Counted from the first letter of the stretch, positions 1 to 10,747 are shown. The stretch: 64,000 nucleotides of DNA from Alphaproteobacteria bacterium (GCA_964291265.2 OZ219747.1:3264001-3328000); one strand, 5' to 3'. Notes: generated by a model not told the origin, from the letters alone. Program-made: numbers and translations.

Positions 1-203
1 TGACGGCCCATGAGAAGGGTGTGGCATCGACTCCCTCGGAGTGGCAGGGAGGGTGCCATGGCGGACCAAAAGATGAAACATGTGATAATGGACATACTTA
101 CCGTCACATGCCACGCGCAATCCGCGTCGAAACAACCGGAAACACAGGAAAACAGTGGATTTCCTGACGGGACCGATCTGCCTTCTCAGGAGACTAGGTC
201 AGG

Positions 204-1364
204 ATGTCTGAACATCAGCCGAAGGATCGTGGAACAATGGCCTCATCGGATGTCATCGATCTGCTTCGCACGCTCGTCAGGCAGGATACGTGCGATCCCC
301 CGGGAAGAGAAATCGAGATCGCCTCGCTGGTGCACGAACGGCTGCGTGGCGCGGGCATCGAGTGCAGTCTCGACGAGTTCGCACCCGGACGCGCCAATGT
401 CGTGGCAAGGGTCAGGGGCAGGGGATCAAGACCGGCGATCGTCTTCTCGGCCCACTTCGACACCGTACCCCTTGGCAAGGAGGCCTGGAGCCGCGATCCC
501 TTCGGTGGCGAGATTGTCGACGGAGCACTCTATGGCCGAGGCGCGGCCGACATGAAGAGCGGCATGGCAGCCATGATCGTTGCCGCCGAATTCCTGAACC
601 GCGAGTCCGGATGTCTGGCGGGCGACCTTGTCCTTGCCCTGACCGCTGGAGAGAGCTCGAACTGTCTCGGCGCCCGGCGTCTGGCGGAAACCGATGCGCT
701 GAAAGGTGCGGGCGCCCTGCTTGTGAGCGAGCCTTCGTCCATGGACGTCCTGCTGGCGGAGAAGGGGGCTCTCTGGTTGCGCCTGATCGCTTACGGGAAA
801 TCCGGACACTCCTCCGCAGGAGCCGACGGCGGCCACAGCGCCATCGAGCGCATGATGGACGCACTGGCCGATCTCAGAGACTTCGATTTTCATGCCCGAA
901 CGCACCCGCTGCTGGGTCTGCCGAGCGTGTCGGTGGGGCGCATCGAGGGTGGTACCGTGGTCAATCTGACGCCTGACAGGTGCCAAGCCGAGATTGATGT
1001 GCGCACACTGCCCGGCATGGACCCGGAGGCAGTCGAGAGCAAGCTGCTTTCCTGCCTTGGCCAGGATCTCGATATCGAGCGCATCGACTGCAAGCCGCCT
1101 GTCGAGACGCCTGCCGATCACCCCTTCGCCAAAGTCTGCCTCGAGACTGTGGCGGCCGGGCAGGGGTTCCCCGCCGCTCCCGGCGGAGCCGCCTACTACA
1201 GCGATGCCGCGGTCCTGGCGCCGGCGTTCGATCTTCCCATGGCCATCATCGGTCCGGGCAGGCTCGGAATGAGCGGCCAGACCGACGAGCATGTCATGAC
1301 GGCGGATGTGATCGGAGCGGCCGATCTCTATCGCAGGATTGCCTTGGCCTGGCTCGGGATCTGA
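204..1364 (+). CDS. M20 family metallopeptidase/deacylase (ArgE/DapE-like)
   Basis: Motifs SAHFDTVP, LYGRGAADMKSG, GESS, VSEP, GKSGHSS, C-terminal DEHV; the start may be ATG 237. Confidence 0.88.
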   Translation: MSEHQPKDRGTMASSDVIDLLRTLVRQDTCDPPGREIEIASLVHERLRGAGIECSLDEFAPGRANVVARVRGRGSRPAIVFSAHFDTVPLGKEAWSRDPFGGEIVDGALYGRGAADMKSGMAAMIVAAEFLNRESGCLAGDLVLALTAGESSNCLGARRLAETDALKGAGALLVSEPSSMDVLLAEKGALWLRLIAYGKSGHSSAGADGGHSAIERMMDALADLRDFDFHARTHPLLGLPSVSVGRIEGGTVVNLTPDRCQAEIDVRTLPGMDPEAVESKLLSCLGQDLDIERIDCKPPVETPADHPFAKVCLETVAAGQGFPAAPGGAAYYSDAAVLAPAFDLPMAIIGPGRLGMSGQTDEHVMTADVIGAADLYRRIALAWLGI

Positions 1365-2402
1365 CCTCCGTCCCGTTGTCGGAATACCGGCCATGGGCGC
1401 CGACGCCATGGGGCTCGGTGGCTGACGTGACTTCGAACATCCGGTGTTCTGTCGAGTCGGGTGGTCCGCCACTGCCCCATGGCCGGCTTTCGATGCCCCT
1501 GGCCGCAGGCGCCAGCGCGATCACCCGGCCCGGGCCGCTGCCTCTACCGGTGACCGCTACGGTAGTGTTGTCCGAGTTCCCGGTGTACCGTCACAGGCTC
1601 CCCTTGAGAGAGTCCGGATCAGTATCCGTGGACCGGACCCGTTGCATCGACAAGCTGTTCACAGCGCATGAAGCGCTTCGGATTGTCCAAAGACCTTGAT
1701 GGTCCCTGCGAACATGGTTGTCCCGGGTCGGCACGATGTCGCAATGAGGCGTGACATCGACGTTCTCCATCCCCCGGAGTGGATGGCTTGCAGGCAAGGG
1801 CTCAGGTTTCGCAGACGTTCAGAGGGGCCGCCCGGACATGTTCAGACTCGAGTGCGCTGATGAGCTGCGGTCTCATCGATGACACCGCTCCGCGACATGT
1901 CGTGAAGCAAGACCCCGGGTCTCGTGGAGGCAATGGCTGCCGATCAGGCCTCGTGCTTCTTCGGTCAGAGGTGTCACGATGATCACCTGGTCCGATTGCT
2001 GAGAGAACCTCGTGCGCGTCATCGGGACCGACCACCTTCTCCGCTCGGGACTTCAGGACGGGTCGCTTGCCGAAGACCGTCATGCCGAGCGCCCTGGCGA
2101 TGCGTGCTCAGGCCCCACAGGTCCTGCCCGCAACGGCCGACCGAAGAGGGTTTCGCGAGAGAGTCGGATCGAAGCGTTCCGTACAGCCGACATGCGGATT
2201 GATTTCGGCCGTGTCGGCCGGACCGTCCTGGCCGCCGGTTGCCGCGACCTCAGGCCCGGGAAAGCGCCGGTCAACCTCGGCGATGACAGTGCTGGGAACT
2301 TCTGCAAGAACAAAAATGCGATGTTGTCGCGACCGGATCGTTCTCATCCGGTCTTGACGTGTGGCAGACGCCGGGGAACGAGCCCCGTCATATCCCCGGA
2401 CC

Positions 2403-3851
2403 TCAGTAGCCCGGCGGTGGCTGGAATCCACCGAATTCGCGTTCGATCAGGCGGGCCGCTCCGATTGTCGTGAGATCCCCCAGCCACGGCCCGGTGATCT
2501 GGATGCCACCCGGCAGTCCGTCGCGGCTGATGCCGGCCGGAGCCACGGTTCCCGGAAGTAGGGCCATGAGACCAAATCCGGCCCAGAACATCTGGTCGGT
2601 GGTGGGAACCTCGTGGCCGTTGACCGGAATCGTGCGCTCATGCCTTTCGCCGGCGTGATCATGGGGAAAGGCCGTGGAGGCGGCGGCGGGCGAGAGCAGG
2701 ATGTCCCAGTCCTCGAAGAAATGGTGCCAGGCCCAGCGAATGTGTTCACGCCGTTCATTGAGCGCCAACCACTCGCGGTGGGTCATTGTGTTGCCGCGGA
2801 TCATCAAGGCAAGGTAGCCTGCGTCATCAGGGTCGAGCCGTGCGCGTGCCGCCTGGAATTCCTCCAGCTTCGCCTGTGGCAATCGACCACTGGTGGCGGC
2901 ACGAAGCAGCTGAATGTAGATCTCGTGGGCGACGCGCATGTCAACATCAGGCCGCGCCCTGTCGCTGACGGTGGCGCCCGTGCGGGCGACGCCGTCGACC
3001 ATGTCCTGGAGCATGTCAAGGTAGGCGCCGTCCACCTCCGACAATCCGCTTTCAAGCATCACGGCGACACGCAGGTCGCCGAATGTCCGGGCGCGAGGGG
3101 CGGGAAGGTCGAGTCGCCAGCCGTCGGCATCGAGGGTATCCGGCCCGGCCATGGCCTTGAGTGCCACCTCGAGATCGCCCGCCGAACGCGCCAGCGGCCC
3201 TATGACCGCCATGTCGGCCCCTGTCAGGATTCCCGGCAGGGCCTGTCCCCGGGGCGGGCAGATTCCGAAGCTCGGCTTGTGACCGAAGACACCGCAGTAA
3301 TGGGCAGGATTGCGTATCGACGCACCGATATCGCTGCCGGTCTCGATGCCGGTCAATCCGGCGGCCAGGGCGGCGGCGGAACCTCCGGAGGAACCTCCGG
3401 GTGTCCGCCCGGTGTCCCAGGGATTCGACGTGACTCCGTAGATGTCGTTGAAACTCTGCCAGTCGGCAAGATTGAGCGGGACATTCGTCTTGCCGAAGAG
3501 AGTCACGCCGGCGCGTTCCAGACGTTCCACCACAACGCAATCATGTCTGGCGATGTTGTTCCGGAAGGCGGGGTCTCCCCATGTGGTCGGGGCACCGGCG
3601 ACATCAAAGCTCTCCTTGATCGTCATGGGCACGCCGTGCAGTGGCGGCAGGTCACCGCCGGCGACGGTGCGTGAATCCGCCACTCTCGCTGCTTCCAGCG
3701 CTCTCTCGCGATCCTGCCAGATCACGGCGTTGATGGCCGCATCATGGGCGTCGATGCGGCTCAGGTAGAGTTCCAGAAGTTCCACTGCGCCGATTTCCCG
3801 GCGCCGGATCATGCCGGCGAGGTCTTCCGCCGACCGGAATGCCACGGTCAT
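2403..3851 (-). CDS. Amidase signature family enzyme
   Basis: PLHGVPMTIKE, TPGGSSGGSAAALAAG, GSDIGASIRNPAHYCG. Confidence 0.93.
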   Translation of the reverse strand: MTVAFRSAEDLAGMIRRREIGAVELLELYLSRIDAHDAAINAVIWQDRERALEAARVADSRTVAGGDLPPLHGVPMTIKESFDVAGAPTTWGDPAFRNNIARHDCVVVERLERAGVTLFGKTNVPLNLADWQSFNDIYGVTSNPWDTGRTPGGSSGGSAAALAAGLTGIETGSDIGASIRNPAHYCGVFGHKPSFGICPPRGQALPGILTGADMAVIGPLARSAGDLEVALKAMAGPDTLDADGWRLDLPAPRARTFGDLRVAVMLESGLSEVDGAYLDMLQDMVDGVARTGATVSDRARPDVDMRVAHEIYIQLLRAATSGRLPQAKLEEFQAARARLDPDDAGYLALMIRGNTMTHREWLALNERREHIRWAWHHFFEDWDILLSPAAASTAFPHDHAGERHERTIPVNGHEVPTTDQMFWAGFGLMALLPGTVAPAGISRDGLPGGIQITGPWLGDLTTIGAARLIEREFGGFQPPPGY

Positions 3852-3863
3852 AACGATGGCCTC

Positions 3864-5498
3864 TCAGGTGTCATTCGCCAGGAGCCAGGGGGCGCCCTCC
3901 TCAACAGCGATGATGGTTGGTCTCGGTGCCCCGAGAGCCTGAATGACGGCACCTTCGAAATCGGCAAGACTATTCGGGCGCACGGCATGAACATGGCAGG
4001 CGCGGGCCAGCATCAGAAAGTCCGGATTGCTTCCCTCCACCCCCACCCGGTGGATGCCGCGGCTGTCGAGATCATCCTGGATCTGCTTGAGACCGCCGTT
4101 TTCCCAGATGATCACGGGCAACGAAAGGCCAAGATCACTGGCGACCATGAGCTCGGGCATGGTGAACATGAACCCGCCGTCGCCTGCGATGGCGACAACC
4201 GGACGCTCGCCGGGTACCCGCATGGCACCGATTGCATTGGGGAGCGCACAGCCCAGAGCACAATACCCGGCAGGGTAGAACCACTGGCGGGGCGCGAAGA
4301 CCGGAAAGGCAAACGCCCCGGTGTAGACCAGCTGGCAGGCATCGCCGGCAAACACCGTGTCGCGCGGCGTGACGGACCGCAAACGTTCCAGAAGTCTGAC
4401 ATGTTGCCGTTCGGAGGCAGTCAGGTTGGCCATCACGTCGGATCGGATGTGCCTGACGACGTTTTCGGTGCTCTGGCACAACGTGGCGCCATCATGGTCC
4501 CCAAGCAGGGAGGCAAGCCGTTCCATCACCGGAGCGGCGTCGGCAATGACGGCAAGATCAGCAGGATAGAGATCATTCATCTTGCCTGGATCGATGTCGA
4601 CCCTGATGAGACGGCCGCCGATGTCGAGGCGTTCGACAAAACTGTCGGTCTCGGATAGTTCCGTGCCGACCGCGAGGACGACGTCAGCCAGGCTGATGAA
4701 GTGGCGGACCTCCTCGCGGACCGTGCTGCCGGAGAGACTCAAGGGATGGTCATCCGGAACGATGCCCTTGCCGGCGGTACTGGCGATGACGGCGGCACCG
4801 AGAGATTCGGCGATCCTGATGAGACCGGACCCCGCTTCGGCCGCGCCGCCCCCGACCATGATGACGGGCCGCGTGGCGGAACGCAGCATTGCCGCCGCCT
4901 CGTCCACCAGACCCGCCGCCGGGCCGGGTCTCGAGGGCAGGGACACCGGTTGCCACTCATACCCGATCTCCTGGCCGAGAACATCGATCGGGATCGACAA
5001 GTGGACCGGCCGGGGCCTTTCGCCGGCGAAGATGGAAAAAGCCTGGGCCATCAGTTCCGGAACATCCTGTGGTCGGTGCGCCGTGGCACTCAGGGCCGTC
5101 AGGGGCCGCGTGACCTCCTTCTGTTCGGTGATCTCGTGAAGCACTCCCCAACCCTTTCCGATGGTCTCGCTGGATGCCTCCGCCGAAAGCAGGAGAAGGG
5201 GCAGTGAATCGGCCCAGGCCTGGCCGACAGCGGTGGCGGCATTCGTCACACCCGGTCCCGAGATGACCAGTGCGACTCCGGGCTTGCCGGTGGCCCGGGC
5301 ATACCCCTCTGCCATGAACCCCGCTCCCTGCTCATTGCGGGACTGGATGTGCCGGACCTCACCGGTCTCGAGGCCCCGGCAGAAATCAAGGGTATGGACG
5401 CCCGGAATGCCGAAGACCTCCCGGACACCGTAACGGGCCAGGAGGCGGATCGTCGCTTCACCGCACGTCAACCGGTTCGTCATGGGCTCCTTCTCCAT
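3864..5498 (-). CDS. Thiamine-pyrophosphate enzyme, 5-guanidino-2-oxopentanoate decarboxylase (AruI)-like
   Basis: VFGIPGVHTL, RNEQGAGFMAEGYAR, GPGVTN, GDGGFMFT...EN TPP motif; start at ATG 5498 (overlaps upstream stop) or 5483. Confidence 0.8.
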   Translation of the reverse strand: MEKEPMTNRLTCGEATIRLLARYGVREVFGIPGVHTLDFCRGLETGEVRHIQSRNEQGAGFMAEGYARATGKPGVALVISGPGVTNAATAVGQAWADSLPLLLLSAEASSETIGKGWGVLHEITEQKEVTRPLTALSATAHRPQDVPELMAQAFSIFAGERPRPVHLSIPIDVLGQEIGYEWQPVSLPSRPGPAAGLVDEAAAMLRSATRPVIMVGGGAAEAGSGLIRIAESLGAAVIASTAGKGIVPDDHPLSLSGSTVREEVRHFISLADVVLAVGTELSETDSFVERLDIGGRLIRVDIDPGKMNDLYPADLAVIADAAPVMERLASLLGDHDGATLCQSTENVVRHIRSDVMANLTASERQHVRLLERLRSVTPRDTVFAGDACQLVYTGAFAFPVFAPRQWFYPAGYCALGCALPNAIGAMRVPGERPVVAIAGDGGFMFTMPELMVASDLGLSLPVIIWENGGLKQIQDDLDSRGIHRVGVEGSNPDFLMLARACHVHAVRPNSLADFEGAVIQALGAPRPTIIAVEEGAPWLLANDT

Positions 5499-6601
5499 CA
5501 GGCATCGAGTTGTGCGAGAACGGCGTCGGTCATGGCCTCGCTTGTGAGCCTGCCTCCAAGATCGGGGGTTCGGGCCCCTTCTTCGAGAGCTGCCGTCACG
5601 GCCCTTTCCATGTTCCCGGCGATGTCCGTGCGGCCGAAGGCGTAGTCGAACATCATGGCGGCCGAAAGTATGGCGCCGACGGGATTGGCGATGCCCTTGC
5701 CGGTGATGTCGGGTGCGGACCCGTGAACCGGTTCGAAGATGCCGCGGATTCGCGTGGCGCCTTCGGGAAGTCCGACAAGGCACGCCGACGGCAGCATGCC
5801 GAGACTTGCGACAATGACGCCGGCCTGGTCGCTCAGCATGTCGCCGAACAGGTTGTCGGCCATGATGACGTCGAATCGTTGCGGATCCCGGGCAAGTTGA
5901 TAACTGGCGTTGTCGGCATAGAGATGTTCAAGTGTGATCCTGGGGTAGTCCAGGGCGATTTCCGATACGACCTCGCGCCACAGGACATGCATTTCCATGA
6001 CGTTGGACTTGTCGGCCGAAACAAGATGCCGGCGCCGTCTTCCGGCAAGTCGGAAACCGACATGGGCGAGGCGAGCTATCTGGTGTTCGTCGTAGACCCC
6101 CAGATCGTATCCCCTCCGGGGCGCCTGCGGCGGCCGGTCGACTCCCCTCTCGGCGGCAAAGAAGTTGCCGCCGGTCATTTCCCGCAGCACAAGCACATCG
6201 GCTCCGCCCGTCAGACCCGGTCGGTAGGGGGTCAGGGGTTCGAGACAGGCAATTGCGCGCGCCGGACGCAGGCCGGCGTAGGCGTCGAGTTCCATGCGCA
6301 GCTGCATCAGGCCATCCGACACAACCGTTTCCCCGGCAGGGCGGATACTGTCCCACCGGGGGCCTCCCGTGGCGCCGACGAGAACGGCATCAGCCCTTCT
6401 GGCATGGTCGAGCGTCGTCTCCTCGAGGAAGGTTCCGGTTTTCTCGTAACAGGCCCCGTGCAGGAGGCCCTCTGTGACGTCGACGCGAATGTCGCTGTCG
6501 CAAGCCCTCTCGATCACCTTGAGTGCGCACCCGATCACTTCCGGGCCGATGCCATCACCGCCCAGGGCGAGCAGATCGAAGGTTTCCGGCATGTCGGTCA
6601 C
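5498..6601 (-). CDS. Isocitrate/isopropylmalate/tartrate dehydrogenase family (LeuB-like)
   Basis: GDGIGPEV, DKSNVM, NLFGDMLSD, EPVHGSAPDITGKGIANP; no leuCD nearby. Confidence 0.88.
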   Translation of the reverse strand: MTDMPETFDLLALGGDGIGPEVIGCALKVIERACDSDIRVDVTEGLLHGACYEKTGTFLEETTLDHARRADAVLVGATGGPRWDSIRPAGETVVSDGLMQLRMELDAYAGLRPARAIACLEPLTPYRPGLTGGADVLVLREMTGGNFFAAERGVDRPPQAPRRGYDLGVYDEHQIARLAHVGFRLAGRRRRHLVSADKSNVMEMHVLWREVVSEIALDYPRITLEHLYADNASYQLARDPQRFDVIMADNLFGDMLSDQAGVIVASLGMLPSACLVGLPEGATRIRGIFEPVHGSAPDITGKGIANPVGAILSAAMMFDYAFGRTDIAGNMERAVTAALEEGARTPDLGGRLTSEAMTDAVLAQLDA

Positions 6602-7040
6602 GTCCTGAACTGTTCACTCTTATTGTTAGCAGACCGTCCGCACTGCAGACAGCCTTCCGGGAGTCACCTGCATTCACCAGGTCCCATGCCGTGGATGCCA
6701 CGCCTCATCGGGTTTGGGAGATTCCGGAAACGAAGCCGGTGCATGTTCGGCGATGTAAGCACTCCGCATGGGACCCCGCCTGCGCCAGCAGATCTCGCTG
6801 TGGCTTGCCGGCGCGTACTTCGGGCGGTACCGGCCGGGCCAGCCACGCGAGTGAAGGAGAGGGACCCCGGCCTCAACTGCCGTTCGCACGTACGCGTCCC
6901 TCAAGCGGGCCTTGCCGTGACATCCCCGGGAAACGGCCTCTGCCGCCGCATCGTCCAGAGTGCCGACGGTCTGACCGGACACTGCGGCGACACCTTCTCG
7001 AGTCCTGCTTGGCGGGCCGTCGGTTGACCACGGATGACGT

Positions 7041-7069
7041 CTTGAAAGGTCCTTCCCTGCATCCCATAT
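7041..7069 (+). promoter_or_regulatory. RpoH (sigma32) heat-shock promoter
   Basis: CTTGAA (7041-7046), 16-bp spacer, CCCATAT (7063-7069), upstream of a small heat-shock gene. Confidence 0.8.
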
Positions 7070-7080
7070 CACTGGTTGCG

Positions 7081-7182
7081 ACCGTCCCTTGCCTCTTCGT
7101 GGAAGACCAGACGGGAGCAACGGGGTCCTGCCCTTGGGGGGACCGATCACACATACCGCTCAACCGGAGGATATGTACCATG
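7081..7182 (+). promoter_or_regulatory. ROSE-like RNA thermometer in the ibpA 5' UTR
   Basis: Several hairpins. The last (7151-7176, ACATA-C-C-G-CTC-loop-GAG-G-A-TATGT) sequesters the GGAGG SD with a bulged G opposite it. Confidence 0.6.
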
Positions 7183-7641
7183 ACACGCTTCGATTTCTCT
7201 CCCCTGTTTCGTTCGACTGTCGGCTTCGACCGCATGATGAATCTGCTCGAAGCCAGTTCCCGCAACGGCGATGAGGGGTATCCGCCCTACAACATCGAGA
7301 AGAAGGGCGACAACGATTATCGCATCACAATGGCCGTCGCCGGTTTCGGCGAAAACGATCTCGCGATCGAGGTGAAGGACGGGACCGTGACGATTTCCGG
7401 TTCGGTCAATGCCGATGGTGACAAGGAGCGCACCTATCTCTACCGCGGCATCGCCGGCCGGAGCTTCAAGCGCGCCTTCCAGCTGGCGGACCATGTCCAC
7501 GTGTCGGGAGCGGCCATGGAGAACGGACTGCTTCACATCGACCTCGTGCGAGAGGTGCCGGAGGCGTTGAAGCCGCGGACGATCAGGATTTCGACGGGTG
7601 AGGACCCGCGCCAGATCGACAATCCGCGCAAGGCAGCCTGA
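7180..7641 (+). CDS. ibpA: Small heat shock protein Hsp20
   Basis: MTRFDFSPLFRSTVGFDR, YPPYNIEK, YLYRGIAGRSF, ENGLLHIDL. Confidence 0.93.
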   Translation: MTRFDFSPLFRSTVGFDRMMNLLEASSRNGDEGYPPYNIEKKGDNDYRITMAVAGFGENDLAIEVKDGTVTISGSVNADGDKERTYLYRGIAGRSFKRAFQLADHVHVSGAAMENGLLHIDLVREVPEALKPRTIRISTGEDPRQIDNPRKAA

Positions 7642-7660
7642 TACCACCACTCCAACATGC

Positions 7661-7695
7661 GTCAGGGCGCCAGGCACCACGCTCGGCGCCCTGAC
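7661..7695. terminator. Hairpin between convergent ibpA and dinB
   Basis: 11-bp perfect inverted repeat GTCAGGGCGCC / GGCGCCCTGAC; no U-tract. Confidence 0.45.
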
Positions 7696-7698
7696 TGC

Positions 7699-8970
7699 CT
7701 AGTGTTCCGAAGGATCGTCCAGGGTACGCCCCCTGACGAGGGAGTCCTTGCCGAATCGCTGGCGGACGGCGTCAAGCGCCTCGTCGACCCGAGCGTTGGA
7801 CTGCCTCGTGGCATGATCGAAGAGATCGCCGAACTCGACATGCCCGGAATCGACCAGGTCGTGAACGCCGACTCCGATCAGACGGAATGTGCGGCCATCG
7901 GTTTCGCGGGCCAGCAGTCCTTCACCGACAAAAAAGATTTCCTCGGCAGACTGGGTCGGGTGCTGAAGATGGCGGTTGCGGGTCATGACACGGAAATCCG
8001 CGGTCTTCAGTTTGAGCGTCACGCCCCGTGCGGCCAGCCCGGCCTTTTTCGTGCGTTCGGAGACGCTCTCCGAGAGTTGCCAGAGTACCCGGCGCAGTTT
8101 CGGAAAGTCCGCGGTATCGTCATGAAGTGTGGTTTCGGAGGAGATACTTCGGGTTTCGCCTTCCGGTTCCACCGCCCGATCATCCTCGCCCCGGCTGAAC
8201 TGGAAGAAGCGGTGGCCAATCTTGCCGTAGCGTGAGGTCAACTCGGCTTCATCGATGCGGGCAAGGTCGCCGATCAGGGTAATGCCGTCGCGGGCAAGGC
8301 GGCGTCGGGTCGCTTCACCCACGCCCCAGAGCAGACTGACCGGCTTGTCGGCGAGAAAGTGCCGCGCCTCGCTGCGGCCTATGACCGCAAACCCGAAAGG
8401 CTTGTCCAGATCGGAAGCGATCTTGGCGAGAAACTTGTTGTAACTCAGCCCGATGGAAACCGTGATCCCCAGCTCCTCGCGAATCTGGCTGGCAAGGCGG
8501 GCCAGGGTCCGGGCCGGCGAGCCACCATGCAAGGCACTGGTTCCGGAGAGATCCATGAACGCCTCGTCGATGGAGAGTGTCTCGACCAGCGGTGTCACGT
8601 TCCGCATCATGATGCGGACTTCATTGCCCGTGGCGACGTACTTCTTCATGTCGGGAGGGATGACATGGGCTTCGGGGCACAGCTTGAGGGCGCGGAACAT
8701 CGGCATGGCCGAACGCACACCGAAGGAGCGGGCAATGTAGCAGCAGGCGGCGACAACCCCGCGATGGCGGCCTCCGACGATCACCGGCACACCCGCAAGT
8801 TCCGGCCGGTCCCGCTTCTCGATGGCCGCATAGAAGGCGTCACAATCGAGATGGGCGATGGCGAGATCGTCAAGTTCCGGATGGCACACGATGCGTCGCG
8901 ACCCGCAGGCATCACAGGCCTCGAAACCGGATTGCGGCCGATGGCCGCAGGTGCGGCAAAGGGTCTTCAC
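7699..8970 (-). CDS. dinB: DNA polymerase IV with N-terminal Zn ribbon
   Basis: IAHLDCDAFYAAIE, CCYIARSFGVRSAMP, SIDEAFMD, NKFLAKIASD. Confidence 0.95.
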   Translation of the reverse strand: MKTLCRTCGHRPQSGFEACDACGSRRIVCHPELDDLAIAHLDCDAFYAAIEKRDRPELAGVPVIVGGRHRGVVAACCYIARSFGVRSAMPMFRALKLCPEAHVIPPDMKKYVATGNEVRIMMRNVTPLVETLSIDEAFMDLSGTSALHGGSPARTLARLASQIREELGITVSIGLSYNKFLAKIASDLDKPFGFAVIGRSEARHFLADKPVSLLWGVGEATRRRLARDGITLIGDLARIDEAELTSRYGKIGHRFFQFSRGEDDRAVEPEGETRSISSETTLHDDTADFPKLRRVLWQLSESVSERTKKAGLAARGVTLKLKTADFRVMTRNRHLQHPTQSAEEIFFVGEGLLARETDGRTFRLIGVGVHDLVDSGHVEFGDLFDHATRQSNARVDEALDAVRQRFGKDSLVRGRTLDDPSEH

Positions 8971-9070
8971 GCCTCGACCTTACGTCCCTTCATCGCCGTT
9001 GTCGCGCCTTGCCGATATCCGTGCCGTGGCTAACATGACGCAGTGTTCGGCGAAAGAGGTCACCCCAACC

Positions 9071-10747
9071 GTGTCCTACCAGTATGTCTACGTCATGAAG
9101 GGCCTCACCAAGACCTGGCCCGGAGGCAGAACCGTTCTGCGAAACATCTGGCTGTCATTCCTTCCGGGCGCTAAGATCGGTGTGCTCGGACCCAATGGCG
9201 CCGGGAAATCCACGCTCCTCAGAGTCATGGCCGGCGTCGAACGGGACTTCGATGGCGAAGCTTGGGCGGCTGCCCAGGCAACGGTCGGATACCTGCCGCA
9301 GGAACCGGAACTCGATCCTTCGAAGGACGTCATGGGCAATGTCATGGAAGCAATGACGGAGACGAGCACCCTGCTGGAGCGATTCAACGAGATCTCGGCG
9401 CGCTTCGCCGAACCCCTTGATGACAATGAGATGAATGCGCTGATCGAGGAACAGGGCGCGATACAGCAACAGATCGATGCCGCAGACGGTTGGGATCTCG
9501 AACGTACGCTCGAGATCGCCATGAATGCACTACGCCTGCCGCCGGGAGATGCCGATGTCAGGCATCTTTCAGGTGGCGAGAAGCGACGGGTGGCGCTGTG
9601 CCGCCTGCTCCTGCAGAAACCCGATCTTCTTCTTCTCGACGAACCGACCAATCACCTCGATGCCGAATGCGTGGCGTGGCTGGAACGACATCTCGCAGCT
9701 TACGAGGGAACCGTCGTGGCGGTAACGCACGATCGCTACTTCCTTGAAAACGTAGCCGGATGGATTCTCGAACTCGATCGTGGCGAGGGCATTCCCTTCG
9801 AGGGAAACTACTCGGGCTGGCTGGAAAGCAAGCAGGAACGGCTGCGAAGGCAGGGCAGAGAGGAGAAGGCGCGTCGACAGGCTCTTGAACGCGAACTTGA
9901 GTGGGTGCGCTCGTCACCTGGAGCGAGGCGCACGAAGGGGAGGGCGCGCCTCGGCGCCTATGAGGAGCTTCTTGCCGAGAGCCGAGACAGGGCAGAAGGA
10001 CCGGCAAGGGGTCGTATCGCCATCCCACCGGGGCCACGTCTCGGTGACCTGGTGATTCGTGCCGAGGCGCTGTCGAAGGCTTTCGGGAACCGGCTGCTCA
10101 TGGACGGGCTCGATTTCACCCTGCCCCAGTCCGGGGTCGTCGGCATCATCGGCGCCAACGGCGCCGGAAAGTCGACACTGGTGAAGATGCTGACCGCTCG
10201 CGAGGAGCCTGACGGAGGATCCATCGCCGTTGGCGACACGGTGGTCACCGGATATGTCGACCAGAGTCGCGACGACCTCGATCCCGGAGCGACAGTGTGG
10301 GAGCAGATCACGGGCGGTGCCGAGACGCTGGCGATGGGCGCCCGGGACGTGTCGAGCCGCGCCTACGTCGGAGCGTTCGGGTTTCGAGGTCCCGATCAAC
10401 AGAAGAAGGTCGGCGAACTGTCGGGAGGTGAACGCAATCGCGTGCACCTCGCCACCATGCTGAAGTCCGGGGCCAACGTGCTCTTTCTCGACGAGCCGTC
10501 CAACGATCTCGATGTCGATACCTTGCGGGCCCTCGAGGAGGCATTGATGGGCTTCGCCGGATGTATCGTGATCATCAGTCATGACCGCTGGTTCCTCGAT
10601 CGCCTCGCCACCCATATCCTCGCCTTCGAGGGTGACAGCCACGTCGAGTGGTTCGAAGGCAACTATGAAGCCTATGAAGAGGACAGGACCAGGCGAATGG
10701 GGACTCGCGAACCCCACCGGATCAGGTACAGGCCGCTGACACGGTGA
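9071..10747 (+). CDS. ettA: Energy-dependent translational throttle ABC-F ATPase
   Basis: QYVYVMKGLTK N-terminus, FLPGAKIGVLGPNGAGKST, two ABC cassettes, ILAFEGDSHVEWFEGNY; GTG start. Confidence 0.93.
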   Translation: MSYQYVYVMKGLTKTWPGGRTVLRNIWLSFLPGAKIGVLGPNGAGKSTLLRVMAGVERDFDGEAWAAAQATVGYLPQEPELDPSKDVMGNVMEAMTETSTLLERFNEISARFAEPLDDNEMNALIEEQGAIQQQIDAADGWDLERTLEIAMNALRLPPGDADVRHLSGGEKRRVALCRLLLQKPDLLLLDEPTNHLDAECVAWLERHLAAYEGTVVAVTHDRYFLENVAGWILELDRGEGIPFEGNYSGWLESKQERLRRQGREEKARRQALERELEWVRSSPGARRTKGRARLGAYEELLAESRDRAEGPARGRIAIPPGPRLGDLVIRAEALSKAFGNRLLMDGLDFTLPQSGVVGIIGANGAGKSTLVKMLTAREEPDGGSIAVGDTVVTGYVDQSRDDLDPGATVWEQITGGAETLAMGARDVSSRAYVGAFGFRGPDQQKKVGELSGGERNRVHLATMLKSGANVLFLDEPSNDLDVDTLRALEEALMGFAGCIVIISHDRWFLDRLATHILAFEGDSHVEWFEGNYEAYEEDRTRRMGTREPHRIRYRPLTR

